This document shows, piece after piece, positions 20,190-31,158 of a stretch of DNA of 64,000 nucleotides. The stretch spans positions 1-64,000 of the forward strand of contig CAVWUU010000002.1 of assembly GCA_963758295.1 (NCBI GenBank). Direction: 5' to 3'. The position numbers were made by a program, and so were the translations under genes. The notes under the pieces were generated by a model. The model was given only the letters and a program-made list of their open reading frames with translations. It made no database searches and had not been told where the DNA came from. Position 1 is the first letter of the stretch. Each line of letters starts with the position of its first letter. The stretch comes from Candidatus Eremiobacteria bacterium (GTDB lineage Bacteria > Vulcanimicrobiota > Vulcanimicrobiia > Vulcanimicrobiales > Vulcanimicrobiaceae).

Positions 20190-21149
20190 ATGGACGTCAC
20201 CCCTGAACGCCCCACGCTCAGCATCGTCGTACCCCTCTACAACGAGGAAGGTAACGTCGAGCCGCTGCTCGCTAGAATCGTAGGAATTGCCGAACGGCTG
20301 CCGGGCATCCCTTCTTATGAGATCGTTCTCGTAAACGACGGAAGCACTGACGGCACGCTTGCGGCCATCCGCCGCCGGCTTGCGTCGCAACCGGATATAG
20401 TGTTGGTGAATCTGTCCCGGAATTTCGGCCATCAGCTCGCGGCTTCGGCCGGCATCGATATCGCACAGGGCGCCGCGGTCGTTCTGATGGACGGCGACCT
20501 CCAAGATCCGCCGGAGCTTATCGCCGACTTCGTTCAAAAATGGCGCGAGGGCTTCGACGTCGTTTATGCAGTGCGCCGAACCCGCAAAGGTGAAAGCCCA
20601 TTCAAGCTTTTTACCGCACGATTGTTTTACCGCATCATCAAGCGGCTGACGAAGGTCGCCATTCCTGTCGACACCGGCGACTTCCGGTTGATGAGCCGCC
20701 GCGTAGTCGATGCGTTGAAGCGCTCGCGCGAACGCCATCGCTTTTTGCGCGGACTCGTGAGCTGGGTCGGCTTCAATCAAACCGGAATCGAATACGACCG
20801 CGACGAGCGCCTTTCCGGAACGACGAAGTATCCATTGCCGAAGATGCTACGCTTTGCGATCGACGGCATTACGTCGTTCTCCGACGTACCGCTGCGTTTC
20901 GCGTCGTATCTCGGGTTCTTCTCGAGCGTCGTGGCGTTCGTGTACGCGCTCGTCGTCATCATCTACAAGGTGCTGAGAGTAAATCCGCCGGGTTACACGC
21001 GAGGCTGGGCTTCGACGATCGTTGCGGTGCTGTTCCTTGGCGGCGTGCAACTCATCAGCCTCGGCATTCTAGGGGAATACATCGGCCGCATTTACGACGA
21101 GGTCAAAGGCCGCCCGCTCTACTTGATCTCCGACATCGAACGCTCTTAA
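20190..21149 (+). CDS. Bactoprenol glycosyltransferase (GtrB/ArnC-like GT2 with two C-terminal TM helices)
   Basis: 'SIVVPLYNEE', 'LSRNFGHQ', 'MDGDLQDPPE', 'TGDFRLMSR', 'LGEYIGRIYDEVKGRPLY'. Confidence 0.93.
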   Translation: MDVTPERPTLSIVVPLYNEEGNVEPLLARIVGIAERLPGIPSYEIVLVNDGSTDGTLAAIRRRLASQPDIVLVNLSRNFGHQLAASAGIDIAQGAAVVLMDGDLQDPPELIADFVQKWREGFDVVYAVRRTRKGESPFKLFTARLFYRIIKRLTKVAIPVDTGDFRLMSRRVVDALKRSRERHRFLRGLVSWVGFNQTGIEYDRDERLSGTTKYPLPKMLRFAIDGITSFSDVPLRFASYLGFFSSVVAFVYALVVIIYKVLRVNPPGYTRGWASTIVAVLFLGGVQLISLGILGEYIGRIYDEVKGRPLYLISDIERS

Positions 21150-21155
21150 GGCCCT

Positions 21156-21237
21156 CGTCATGGTGAGCTTGTCGAACCATAGGCGCATGCGGGTTTTGGT
21201 TGGTATGCGCCTGTCCTTCGACAAGCTCAGGATGACG
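21156..21237. repeat. CGTC-type REP doublet (REPIN/BIME-like) between convergent genes
   Basis: CGTCATGGTGAGCTTGTCGAACCA, then a linker with AGGCGCAT...ATGCGCCT, then TCCTTCGACAAGCTCAGGATGACG. Same unit as the arrays at 31.5 and 32.8 kb. Confidence 0.9.
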
Positions 21238-22501
21238 AAGTAGAAGAAACGGTGGAGTAGACAAGGGGCCGTGATGATGGCCGCGTGTGAGAAATAGTGA
21301 AAGCGCGAGCGACGTGTTCGTGAATGGTGTGCGTTTCGGAGCCGTAAATCTCTGCCAATAGCGAGCCTGCTTCGACGCGATCGCCGGTGCGCACGGACAC
21401 GCGGATGCCCGCCGAAGAATCGCGGTGCGTGAGATGACGCGCCGCATTGCCGAGCGCTACGGCGTCGATCTTCTCGATGAAACCGGCGTTGGCGGCCGTA
21501 ACCGTATGGCGCTCGCCGTGCGGAGTCATGGACTCGAGCGCGGCTTGGGAACTGCCCTGCGCTTCGATCATCTCGACAAATTTGCGGTACCCGGAGCCGG
21601 ATCGTAACGCACGCAACGCCGCTTTCTCAGCGTCTTTAACGCCGGCTAGTTCGAGCATGTGCGTGGCTACGTGCACGCAGGCTTCCGTGATGCGTTCGTC
21701 GGAAACCTCGCCGCGCAGCACGTCCCGCGCTTCGATGACTTCGAGCGCCGTCCCGATCGATCGTCCGAGCGGTTCGTTCATGTCGGTTACAACGGCGCGC
21801 GCCCGTCGCTCGAAGCGCTCCGAGACTTCGACGAGGATTTGCGCTAAGTGCTGCGCCTGCTCGGTATCGCGCATGAACGCCGCACTGCCGCACTTGACGT
21901 CGAAGACGATTGCATGCGCGCCGCCGGCGATCTTTTTCGACACGATAGACGACGCAATCAATCCGACGGCTGGAATAGTGCCGGTATGGTCTCGCAGTTT
22001 GTACAAACGCTTGTCCGCGGGCACGACTTCTTCGCTCTGCGCAGCGATCGCGCAACCCACGGACTCGACCTGCCGGACGAAGCGATCCAACGGCAGCGCC
22101 ACGTTGAATCCCGGCGTCGTTTCAAGCTTGTCGATCGTTCCGCCGGTATGCCCGAGCGCGCGGCCGGACAATTTCGCGACGCGTACGCCACACGAGGCAA
22201 CGAGCGGCACGGTGACCAGCGAAACGATGTCGCTGACGCCGCCGCTGGAGTGTTTGTCGAGCACGACGCCATCGGCGCCATACCCCAACGTGCGGCCGCT
22301 GTTGACCATTGCGTGCGTCAAAGCGACGATTTCGTCCATAGATAAGCCGCGCCAAACGCATGCCATGGCCATCGCGGCCATCTGCGCATCGTCGACCTTT
22401 CCGTCCATATAGGCGCCGAGAACACTATCCCATTCGGTTGCACTCAACGCCTCGCCGGCCCGTTTGCGCTCGATGGCACGGCGCATTGTTAGTTCATCCA
22501 T
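21227..22501 (-). CDS. pdp: Pyrimidine-nucleoside (thymidine) phosphorylase
   Basis: 'DKHSSGGV', 'KLSGRALGHTGGTIDKLE', 'PADKRLY', 'SIVSKKIAGG', 'DVKCGSAAFM'. Confidence 0.95.
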   Translation of the reverse strand: MDELTMRRAIERKRAGEALSATEWDSVLGAYMDGKVDDAQMAAMAMACVWRGLSMDEIVALTHAMVNSGRTLGYGADGVVLDKHSSGGVSDIVSLVTVPLVASCGVRVAKLSGRALGHTGGTIDKLETTPGFNVALPLDRFVRQVESVGCAIAAQSEEVVPADKRLYKLRDHTGTIPAVGLIASSIVSKKIAGGAHAIVFDVKCGSAAFMRDTEQAQHLAQILVEVSERFERRARAVVTDMNEPLGRSIGTALEVIEARDVLRGEVSDERITEACVHVATHMLELAGVKDAEKAALRALRSGSGYRKFVEMIEAQGSSQAALESMTPHGERHTVTAANAGFIEKIDAVALGNAARHLTHRDSSAGIRVSVRTGDRVEAGSLLAEIYGSETHTIHEHVARAFTISHTRPSSRPLVYSTVSSTSSS

Positions 22502-22544
22502 GGCGGCAGTTGGGTTTCTTCACCGTCAACACGAAGCCCGCCGC

Positions 22545-23843
22545 GTGCAGTATCACGCGGTGGTGGACCGCTTTCCGGTTTCCGTGCCGCTCGACCCCAT
22601 AGCGGCCGCCATTTTTGCGGCGGTCTTCATCGTGACGCTGCTTGCCGCGCAGCGGCGCCCGGCCTTCGGTATTGCGGCGCTTTGCCTCAGCGCGCCCTTC
22701 GCTTACTATCATGACCTTTTCGGCACATCGATAACGTTCCCCAAAGTGGTGTTGGCCGGCAATGGTCTGTGGCCTTGCGCTTCGTCCCAGAAGCGCTTGC
22801 AACGTTCAGCGATGGAAGAGTCCGGCGGCTGTTGGCGTCAATGGCGATCATGATCGCCGTCATTGCGATCGGCGCCGCCTTTGCCGAGCATCGCGCGCCG
22901 GTCTTGCGCGAGGCGCTCAAGTGGGTGGAGTACGCCGCCGCGATAGCTGCGGTTTTTGCCGCATACCGGCTAGACCCGGACGATTCACTGGTGTTGAATG
23001 CCTGGACGTTTTCCATTGCCGCCGTTTGCGCGTCCGCATTGATTGAAGAAGTCTTCGGCGCACCGTCGGGACTGTGGATTTCGCCCGGCGTCGTCCCGAG
23101 AATTGCCGGCGTGCTCGAGGGTCCAAATCAGCTTGCGGGCTATTTGGAAACGGCGATTGCGGTGCTTGCGTCCTGGTCGATCTTCCAGTCGCGCCGGAGA
23201 GTTCAAACATTGTCTGAGCATCGCCGTCATAACGCTCGCGCTTACGTTTTCCCGCGGAGGATGGGCCGGATGCGCGGTGGGCATTATTGCGCTCGCCGTC
23301 ATCTACCGTGAACGAGCCATGTCGCTTCTGGGTCCGCTTGCAAGCGGCGCGCTTCTCGGCGCAGCGGCCGATGCCGGCTGGTATGTCGCAGCGAAAAACG
23401 TTGCCGCGCTTCGCGCTCCATCCATCGGCGCCGACTATGCGGGCGGCGTTGGGAACCGCGCGGAGCTTTGGCGCGCGGCATGGTTCTTCTTCCGCACGCA
23501 TCCGGTTTTCGGTATCGGTGCAGGCAATTACGAACTCGAGCTTTGGCGCGCCGGTCTTCCCGACGTGCGCACCCACGCGAACAACTGGTATTTACAGCAG
23601 CTCGCGGAAGGCGGCATCATCCTCTTTAGCGCGACGATTGCGTTTATCGTTGGCATCCTGGCGCCCCTCGTTCGTGCCGCCAGGTCGTCGCCGTGGACTG
23701 CAGCCGGCCTTGCCGCAACGGTCGCGCTCTGCACGCATCAACTAGCCGACTATATCGTGTTTTATCCAAAAGCCGGTTTGCCGTGGATGCTCGCGATAGC
23801 ACTGGCCTTTGCAGCGTCGGACCGGCGCGAATGCGAAGCGTAG
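22545..23843 (+). CDS. O-antigen ligase (Wzy_C) family membrane protein; two apparent frameshifts (~22760, ~23205)
   Basis: ORFs 22464-22853, 22769-23311 and 23043-23843 join into one protein: 'RIAGVLEGPNQLAGYL', 'LTFSRGGW', 'RAELWRAA..HPVFGIGAGNY', 'HANNWYLQQLAEGG'. Start is GTG 22545 or ATG 22500. Confidence 0.8.
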
Positions 23844-25174
23844 CAGCGCTTGTGGCCGCCTTGGCGGCCGGAATGATAGCGGCGCGCTTGACGATGCAAC
23901 ACGTTCCCTCGCGCTTTCACATTGACATGGCACAGCCGCTTGCGGTCGCAACCAACTGGGACGGTTTCGGACTGCTGCTCGTCGGGATTCTAATCGCGAT
24001 GTTTGTTATGGCGTCGGTAGCGTACGTTTTTGCGCTTACCGCCATCGCGAAGAACGACCAGCGGTTTAGCGCATGGCACGTCATCGCCATTTCCGTCGTG
24101 ATGATGGCGTTGTTATGGATGTTTGCGCCGCTTTTTTCAAGCGACTCCTATGCCTATGCGGCGTATGGCGAAATGGTGCGTCTCGGGATCGATCCGTATG
24201 CGACGCAGGCAACCGCGTCGCACGATCCCGTCATTTCGGCTGCCGTTTGGCAGTGGAGCGGAACGTTGCCGGTATGCGTGTACGGTGAGCTGTTCGTACG
24301 CATCGCACAGCTCTTAGTAACGTTCGCGCGTCCGCTCGGCGTCGTGGCGCAGGTCGACGCAATACGCGCGCTCTCCTCGATTGCACTTCTGGTGGCGTCG
24401 CTGCTGCTGGGACAACTTCGTAAAGGCAACGGACGGCAAACATATGCGACGGCGTTGCTCGCATGGAATCCCGTGCTCGTATGGTGCGCCGTCGAGGGGC
24501 ACAACGACGCCATCATGCTGGCCGTCGCCGTTGGAGGCGTTGTCGTTGCGCGCCGTTATTTGCTCGCCGGCATGTTGCTCGCCGCAGCAAGCGCATTGAT
24601 CAAAATTCCCGCCGCCGTAGTGCCCGCGGCAATTGCATACGTCCGGGCACGCCGGACCGACGAATGGGTCTATCCCATCACCTACTTCGTTTTTATTGCA
24701 GCCGTGATTTATGCGGGGTCATACCGGTGGCTGGCTTCGATCCAAACCCACGTTGCTGCGCACGGGCATTACGCGCCCGCAGCATCGCTGCAAGGCTTCA
24801 CGTCTTCGATCGCCGGCATGCCGGGCGGCGTGATCCTCGCGGGCATTGTCGTTGCGATCGCGGTTTTTACGGTCGCGCGAACGACGAGCGGCGCACCGCG
24901 CGCCATTGCGGTTGCGCTTGCGCTGTGGCTGCTCATCCCAAATCCCTACGCTTGGTATGCATTCTGGCTCGTGCCATTCTTCGTCTGGCTGCCCGGAACG
25001 CGAGCTCACTTCATTGCGGCCGCCCTGACGCTTAGCGCGTCGCTGCGCTATCTGCCCGACGCGGCTGGAACGCCGTCGCCTGCGACAAATGCGCTGCTGA
25101 GTGCCGTAGCGCTTGTCCTTTTGGCCTTTGCTCTCATATTGGCGGCTTCTCGGGAGCGCATTCCTCTGTTATAA
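23831..25174 (+). CDS. Polyprenol-phosphate-sugar-dependent membrane glycosyltransferase (MptB/GT87-like, GT-C)
   Basis: 'PLFSSDSYAYAAYG', 'DPY', 'YGELF', 'AWNP', 'EGHNDA', 'LIK', 'YAWY'; ~11 TM helices. Confidence 0.75.
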   Translation: MRSVAALVAALAAGMIAARLTMQHVPSRFHIDMAQPLAVATNWDGFGLLLVGILIAMFVMASVAYVFALTAIAKNDQRFSAWHVIAISVVMMALLWMFAPLFSSDSYAYAAYGEMVRLGIDPYATQATASHDPVISAAVWQWSGTLPVCVYGELFVRIAQLLVTFARPLGVVAQVDAIRALSSIALLVASLLLGQLRKGNGRQTYATALLAWNPVLVWCAVEGHNDAIMLAVAVGGVVVARRYLLAGMLLAAASALIKIPAAVVPAAIAYVRARRTDEWVYPITYFVFIAAVIYAGSYRWLASIQTHVAAHGHYAPAASLQGFTSSIAGMPGGVILAGIVVAIAVFTVARTTSGAPRAIAVALALWLLIPNPYAWYAFWLVPFFVWLPGTRAHFIAAALTLSASLRYLPDAAGTPSPATNALLSAVALVLLAFALILAASRERIPLL

Positions 25175-25175
25175 T
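25167..25175 (+). promoter_or_regulatory. Extended -10 promoter element of mfd
   Basis: Perfect TGnTATAAT (TGTTATAAT) ending 12 nt before the ATG at 25188. Confidence 0.6.
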
Positions 25176-25187
25176 CAGCGGCTCGCT

Positions 25188-28100
25188 ATGAACGCCCAAA
25201 CGTTAACCCCGCCCGCTTCGAGCGGCGGCATGCACGACGCATTGCTGCGCGGCCTTGTTTCATCCAACCGCGCGCTTGCCACGCTCGCAGATCGACTGCG
25301 CACCGGCCGCGGAAGTTACATCTGCCACGAAACGGTCGCTGCTGCGCGTCCGGCGCTTCTGGCTACGCTTTACCGGGCAGTTCAAGCGCCGCTTCTCGTC
25401 GTGATGCCCACGCCGGACGTTGCGGAACGCGCCTTCGCCGATTTGCTCTACTATATGGGCGAAGCCGAACCGCAGACCGTTGCATTACTTCGTTCGCGCG
25501 ATGAGGCGATCGGTGCCATCGAAAGTCCGTCGGATCGAAGCGCGCGCATGACGCTGCTCTCCGACCTTGCGAACGGATTGCCGCGCATCGTTCTCGCGCC
25601 GGTGGTCGCATTGCGCCAATACATGATGCCGCGTTCGTGTTTTGACGAACTGCGCGTTACGTTGCGCGTCGGCGAAGACGCAGGATGGGAGGAGCTGCAA
25701 GAGCGGCTCTTTCATTTGGGCTACACGCGAGCCGACGTCGTCAGCGCCGTCGGCGAATACGCCGTGCGCGGCGGCATCCTCGATTTATTCGCGGCAACGG
25801 CGGAGTCGCCCACGCGCATTGAGTTCTTCGGTGACACGATCGAAAGTATTCGTCCGTTCAATCTGGAGACCCAGCGAAGCGAAGGCGAACTTCAAACGCT
25901 TGAGGTAGTTCCGTGGAGCGAAATTCCCCGCGAAGAACGCTACCGCGAACGGATTCTCTCTACGTTTGAAGGCCCGCAGCGCGTACGCGAAGCGTTAACG
26001 TCCTTTTTGGACACCGGCGGCGACGTACCGGCCTCGTGGCTGCCGCTTGCCTACGAAGAACGCTCGACGGTCGTAGACTATCTGCGTAACGATGCCGTTA
26101 TCGTTCTCGACGAGCCGGGAATGCTCGCGACGATCGAGCGTGCGCTACAGGAAGAACGCTCGCGCGAACACAGCGTGCTGCTCGCGGGCGTGGACTCCGG
26201 CGAATTATCGATCAACGAAGCAGAAGTCGACGAAGCGCTGCTCGCGGAAGTTGCTACGCCGCACCCCCGCTTGTCGGAGCTTGCACCTGCGTTACAATCG
26301 CGGGCGACGCTGATCTTTCCGGGCGCAATCGAGCGCCCCGAGGACGTGTCGTGGCTTCCGGCGGCTACGGAAAGCGTCGTCGTCGAATGCCGTCCGGCCG
26401 AACACTTCAACCGGCAAATCGAAATGTTCTCAAAAAGCGCGCGCGAGTGGGTCGCCGAAGGTGAAACGCTGGTCATCGTCAGCTCCGCCGTTTCGCGGAC
26501 GGTTGATTTGCTGCGCGCAGCCGGCCTAACGGCAGAGCGTTCGGTGCAGTTGTTGCATTTAGGCGCGCGCAACGGGCGCGTTCTCGTCGATCACGGCAAT
26601 ATCGAAGCCGGCTTTGCCCTGCCCGATCTGCGCTTGCGTGTGCTTGGCGACCGTGAAATCTTCGGGCAACCGCCCAAGCGCGTGAAGCTGCGTGCCGTCA
26701 AGGAAGGCGTGCCCGTTACGTTGGCCGATCTCAAGGTCGGCGATTACGTCGTGCATGCGGTGCACGGCATTGGCCAATACTTGGGCTTGCGCACGGAAAC
26801 GATTCTCGGCGCAACACAAGACTATCTCGATTTGGCGTATGCCGGCTCGGACCGAATGCTCGTACCTGTTACGCAGATGCATCAGGTAACGAAGTATTCA
26901 GCGGCCGAAGGGCAGTCGCCGCGGCTCTCCAAGATGGGCGGCGCCGACTGGGCTCGCACGAAGACACGCGTGTCGGAGTCCCTCGCCAAGATTGCCGACG
27001 GTCTCGTGCTGCTTTATGCGGAACGCGAACTTTCGAAGGGCTATGCCTTCGGCATCGACACCACGTGGCAGGCCGAAATGGAAGAGGCGTTTCCCTACGA
27101 CCCGACGGTCGATCAAAAGAAAGCGATCGATGCGGTCAAGGGTGACATGGAACGCATGCGTCCGATGGACCGCCTTGTGTGCGGCGACGTCGGCTACGGA
27201 AAGACCGAAGTGGCCGTACGGGCCGCGTTCAAGGCCATCGCCGACAAAAAACAAGTTGCCGTGCTCGTGCCCACGACGTTGCTCGCAGCGCAGCATTTCC
27301 GTAACTTCAGCGCGCGTTTCGCCGGCTTTCCGGTGCGTCTCGAAGAGCTTTCGCGTTTTCGAACCAAAGCGGAGCAGAAAAATACGCTCAAAGATTTGGC
27401 CGAAGGCAAAGTCGACATGGTCATCGGAACCCATCGCCTGTTGCAAAAAGACGTGGCCTTTGCGGATCTGGGCTTGATCGTCGTCGACGAAGAGCAACGC
27501 TTCGGCGTCATGCACAAAGAGCGCTTGAAAGAATACAAGACGTCGGTCGACGTGCTGACGCTCTCGGCCACGCCGATCCCGCGAACGTTGCATATGTCGC
27601 TCATGGGCGTCCGCGATTTGTCGCTCATTCAAACGGCGCCGAAGAACCGCATGTCGGTCAAGACCGTCGTCGTTCCCGCCAGCGACGCCATCGTGCAACG
27701 CGCGATTACCGCAGAACTCGACCGCGGAGGCCAAGTCTACTACTTGCACAATCGGGTCGAGTCGATCTATGCGGTGAAGAATGCGCTGGAACGATTGGTT
27801 CCGCGGGCGCGAATCAGCGTCGGACACGGACAGATGACGGAAGCCGAACTCGAACCGGTAATGCGTGGCTTCATCGAAGGCCATTCCGACATTCTCGTCG
27901 CCACCACGATCATCGAAAACGGGATCGACATTCCGAACGTCAATACGATGATCGTGAACGACGCGGATAAATTCGGCCTGGCGCAGCTGTACCAGCTCCG
28001 CGGCCGCGTGGGGCGCTCGAATCATCAGGCGTACTGTTATCTGCTGTATCAGGGCCACAAGGCGCTGAGCGAAGATGCCAAGGCGCGCTTAGAAGCGATT

Positions 28101-28733
28101 CGCGAGTTCACGCACCTAGGTTCCGGTTTGCAAATCGCGATGCGCGATTTGGAAATTCGCGGCGCGGGCAACTTGCTTGGCGCGGCGCAATCCGGCTTCA
28201 TCGGTTCGGTCGGCTTCGACACGTATTGCCAATTGCTGGCCGATGCGATCGCTCAGCGGCGCGGCATGACCGCATCGATGGAAGATCAACGCGAAGCGGT
28301 GATCGACGTGAAGATCAGCGCCTTCATTCCGAACGACTACATCCCTCAGGTCTCGCAAAAGATCGCGGTGTACCAGCAGCTCGCCAAAGCGCGCAGCGAA
28401 TCCGAGGTAGAGGAGATTGCCGCCGGCGTGCGCGACCGCTTCGGGGCCTTCCCGACGCCGCTGGAGCATCTCGTCAACCTCACGAAGCTTCGGGCCATTG
28501 CGCTTCAGAAGCACGTCACGCGGGTCGTGATCGACGAGAAGCGCTTGACGCTGGGCGTCGGCTCAGGGTTCGAGCTGGATCCGCAAATGATCCCGACGTT
28601 CCAGTCACTTACGAAAAACAAGTTCCGGTTCGGAGAAGGTAAGATTCTCGTCGACTTGCCGCTTGTCGGCAAGGGCTCGACGCCGGAAGCCGTGTGGATG
28701 CCGCTTCTGCGACGGCTTTTGGAGGCGATGTAG
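25188..28733 (+). CDS. mfd: Transcription-repair coupling factor
   Basis: UvrB-like N-terminus, CarD/RID domain 'GDYVVHAVHGIG', 'GDVGYGKTEVA', 'DEEQRFG', 'QLRGRVGRS', TRCF C-terminal domain. Confidence 0.98.
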   Translation: MNAQTLTPPASSGGMHDALLRGLVSSNRALATLADRLRTGRGSYICHETVAAARPALLATLYRAVQAPLLVVMPTPDVAERAFADLLYYMGEAEPQTVALLRSRDEAIGAIESPSDRSARMTLLSDLANGLPRIVLAPVVALRQYMMPRSCFDELRVTLRVGEDAGWEELQERLFHLGYTRADVVSAVGEYAVRGGILDLFAATAESPTRIEFFGDTIESIRPFNLETQRSEGELQTLEVVPWSEIPREERYRERILSTFEGPQRVREALTSFLDTGGDVPASWLPLAYEERSTVVDYLRNDAVIVLDEPGMLATIERALQEERSREHSVLLAGVDSGELSINEAEVDEALLAEVATPHPRLSELAPALQSRATLIFPGAIERPEDVSWLPAATESVVVECRPAEHFNRQIEMFSKSAREWVAEGETLVIVSSAVSRTVDLLRAAGLTAERSVQLLHLGARNGRVLVDHGNIEAGFALPDLRLRVLGDREIFGQPPKRVKLRAVKEGVPVTLADLKVGDYVVHAVHGIGQYLGLRTETILGATQDYLDLAYAGSDRMLVPVTQMHQVTKYSAAEGQSPRLSKMGGADWARTKTRVSESLAKIADGLVLLYAERELSKGYAFGIDTTWQAEMEEAFPYDPTVDQKKAIDAVKGDMERMRPMDRLVCGDVGYGKTEVAVRAAFKAIADKKQVAVLVPTTLLAAQHFRNFSARFAGFPVRLEELSRFRTKAEQKNTLKDLAEGKVDMVIGTHRLLQKDVAFADLGLIVVDEEQRFGVMHKERLKEYKTSVDVLTLSATPIPRTLHMSLMGVRDLSLIQTAPKNRMSVKTVVVPASDAIVQRAITAELDRGGQVYYLHNRVESIYAVKNALERLVPRARISVGHGQMTEAELEPVMRGFIEGHSDILVATTIIENGIDIPNVNTMIVNDADKFGLAQLYQLRGRVGRSNHQAYCYLLYQGHKALSEDAKARLEAIREFTHLGSGLQIAMRDLEIRGAGNLLGAAQSGFIGSVGFDTYCQLLADAIAQRRGMTASMEDQREAVIDVKISAFIPNDYIPQVSQKIAVYQQLAKARSESEVEEIAAGVRDRFGAFPTPLEHLVNLTKLRAIALQKHVTRVVIDEKRLTLGVGSGFELDPQMIPTFQSLTKNKFRFGEGKILVDLPLVGKGSTPEAVWMPLLRRLLEAM

Positions 28734-28821
28734 CGCCTGGTTGCTTGCGGGGAACCCGTATGTCGGCGGTACCGGCGGCTCGAAGGACCTCCACGCTTCC
28801 GAACGAACCCGAGTCCCGGAT

Positions 28822-28849
28822 AAGCGGGGTCACTGACTCCGCTTTGTGT
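28822..28849 (+). terminator. Near-perfect palindrome after mfd (possible terminator or operator)
   Basis: AAGCGGGGTCA-C-TGACTCCGCTT followed by TGTGT. Confidence 0.35.
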
Positions 28850-28883
28850 ACGCACCCCCTTACGCACTAGTGTGGAGTCCGAA

Positions 28884-29834
28884 ATGTCGAAAGCCGGCCG
28901 CGTCCTCGCGGGTCTAGCTACTATGCTCTGTGCCGCCTCGCTTGCGGCATGTTCGGGCGGCGGCAATATCGCCACCGTCAACGGCCAAGCGATCAGCAAA
29001 GCCGACTTCGATTCAAAGCTGGAATCGAGCCCAGCCGCTCTTGGCACGCTGCAAACGATGGTTCGCGAGAATCTCATCGATCAGTACGCCAAGGACAACA
29101 AGATCAACGTCAGCGACGCCGACATTCAAAAGAAGGAAGACGAGCTCAAAGCCAACTTCCCGAACGGCTCGTGGGACGACATGCTCAAGGCGCGCGGACT
29201 CACCGAAACCGACGTGAAGAACGCCCTTCGCGAGCAGATCATCATCGATCAGGCCGTTGGCAAAGACGTGAAAGTCAGCGACGCACAGATCAAGCAGTAC
29301 TTCGATAAGAACCACGCGTCGTTCGATAAACCCGAGCAGGTTACGGCGCGCCACATCCTCGTTCCGGATCTCGCGACGGCAAACAAAGTCGAAGCGGATC
29401 TGAAGAGCGGCAAGAACTTCGCTGACGTCGCGAAGCAGTACTCGATGGATCCGGGCAGCAAGGACAAAGGCGGCGAGCTCGGCACGTTCCGTCGCGGCCA
29501 GATGGTTCCGGCCTTCGATCAGGCGGCGTTCTCGCTGCCGGTCGGCCAGATCAGCAAGCCGGTGAAGTCGCCGTTCGGCTACCACGTCATCCAGGTCGAG
29601 AAGAAAGACCCGGGCGAGAAGGCAACGCTCGCGAACACGCACGACCGCATCGCCGACATGTTGCGCCAGCAACAAGAAGCGCCGTTGATTCAGCCGTTCT
29701 TGCAGAATCTGCAGGCCAAGGCGAACATCCAGGTCAGCGACCCGCGCTACGCCTCGGCATTCCCGACGCCCGCGGCAGCGCCGAGCACCGAGCCAACCGC
29801 AGCCGCCCCCGCCGCAAGCTCGAGCCCGAAGTAA
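28884..29834 (+). CDS. prsA: PrsA-like parvulin peptidyl-prolyl isomerase lipoprotein
   Basis: Lipobox 'LAAC', 'ARHILV', 'FADVAKQYSMDPGSKDKGGELG', 'PVKSPFGYHVI'; GGAG RBS. Confidence 0.92.
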   Translation: MSKAGRVLAGLATMLCAASLAACSGGGNIATVNGQAISKADFDSKLESSPAALGTLQTMVRENLIDQYAKDNKINVSDADIQKKEDELKANFPNGSWDDMLKARGLTETDVKNALREQIIIDQAVGKDVKVSDAQIKQYFDKNHASFDKPEQVTARHILVPDLATANKVEADLKSGKNFADVAKQYSMDPGSKDKGGELGTFRRGQMVPAFDQAAFSLPVGQISKPVKSPFGYHVIQVEKKDPGEKATLANTHDRIADMLRQQQEAPLIQPFLQNLQAKANIQVSDPRYASAFPTPAAAPSTEPTAAAPAASSSPK

Positions 29835-29840
29835 ACCCTT

Positions 29841-29864
29841 CGTCACCCTGAGCTTGTCGAAGGA
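29841..29864 (+). repeat. Single CGTC-type REP, 6 nt after the prsA stop
   Basis: CGTCACCCTGAGCTTGTCGAAGGA. Confidence 0.85.
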
Positions 29865-29886
29865 CGAGCGCAGATAACCCTAAAGG

Positions 29887-29919
29887 GGCCTCCGAAGCAA
29901 TTCGGAGGCCTTTTCTTTT
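29887..29919 (+). terminator. Rho-independent terminator of prsA
   Basis: GGCCTCCGAA-GCAA-TTCGGAGGCC (perfect 10-bp stem) followed by TTTTCTTTT. Confidence 0.9.
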
Positions 29920-29961
29920 CCGAAAGCGTTTCTCGATGCTTCCGCGAAGGGAGCGCGACCG

Positions 29962-31158
29962 ATGCTGGTTCGTATCGTCGGCTTGGGTCCTGGTGATCCG
30001 GCACTTCTCACCCTGGGCAGTCTCGACGCTTTGCGTTCCGCATCGCGTGTCACCGTCGTGTCCGCGCCGCCGGACCTAACGAAGTACCTTACCGAGAACC
30101 ACATTTCCATCGAACGCGAGTTCATCGCCGATCCGGCACTTTTCGTGGCGGGAAGCACCGAAGAAATCGGCCGGTTCGTGGAACGTGTCGACGCGGCCGG
30201 AAACGGCGGCGATCTCGTGCTCGGGGTGCTTGGGAATCCGTTCTCCGACCTGCCCGGATTGCCGCCGCTATTGCGCGCGCTTGAGGCCCGAGGGATTCGT
30301 ACGGAAATTATTGCCGGCATGGCGCGCGCGACGATCGCGTCGTCACTTGAAATGCCGCTCGTACCGCTACCGCCGCAATCGCACCATTACAGCTTTCAAG
30401 AACTCATCGAGATCATGGCGCGCCTGCGTCTCGGATGCCCCTGGGACCGCGAACAAACACATCGCACGCTCGTCCCTTACCTCATCGAAGAGACCTACGA
30501 AGTCGTTGAGGCGATTGAAGCCGACGACATGGAGGCGCTCTGCGAAGAACTCGGCGATCTTCTGCTGCAGATCGTTTTCCACTCGCAGCTTGGTTCCGAA
30601 GTAGGAAAGTTCACCGTTGCCGACGTGATCGACGCGCTCTCCAACAAAATGGTGCGCCGTCATCCGCACGTCTTCGGCGACGCCGTTATCGAGGACGTGG
30701 ATTCTCAATGGAAGAGTTGGGAAGCACTCAAGGCGCAAGAAAAGACGGGCCAGCAACGCAAAAGCCGGCTCGACGGTATTCCCAAGCACCTCGGTGCCTT
30801 GCAGCGCGGCCAACGCATGCAAGAAAAAGCTTCGCGCGTAGGCTTCGACTGGCGCGACGTCGGCGGCGTGCTCGATAAACTTCACGAAGAACTCACCGAA
30901 CTCGCCGAAGCGCGGCGCGCCAAACAAGACGACGGTCACGTCCGCGAGGAACTGGGCGACGTCTTCTTCACTTTGGTAAATCTTTCGCGCGCGCTCGGCA
31001 TCGATGCCGAAACGGCGATGCGCGAAGCAAACGAGAAGTTCTACAAACGTTTCTTCTTCATGGAGCGGCACGCAGCCGATCAAGGCAAGGCGCTCTCCGA
31101 TCTTTCACTTGACGAACTCGAGGATCTGTGGCAACTAGCGAAAACGCAAGCGGCGTAA
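29962..31158 (+). CDS. mazG: MazG nucleoside triphosphate pyrophosphohydrolase with N-terminal tetrapyrrole-methylase-like domain (YabN type)
   Basis: 'IVGLGPGDP' N-terminus; '[10 protein letters not shown]', '[13 protein letters not shown]', 'RRHPHVF', second 'EELGDVFF'. Confidence 0.95.
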   Translation: MLVRIVGLGPGDPALLTLGSLDALRSASRVTVVSAPPDLTKYLTENHISIEREFIADPALFVAGSTEEIGRFVERVDAAGNGGDLVLGVLGNPFSDLPGLPPLLRALEARGIRTEIIAGMARATIASSLEMPLVPLPPQSHHYSFQELIEIMARLRLGCPWDREQTHRTLVPYLIEETYEVVEAIEADDMEALCEELGDLLLQIVFHSQLGSEVGKFTVADVIDALSNKMVRRHPHVFGDAVIEDVDSQWKSWEALKAQEKTGQQRKSRLDGIPKHLGALQRGQRMQEKASRVGFDWRDVGGVLDKLHEELTELAEARRAKQDDGHVREELGDVFFTLVNLSRALGIDAETAMREANEKFYKRFFFMERHAADQGKALSDLSLDELEDLWQLAKTQAA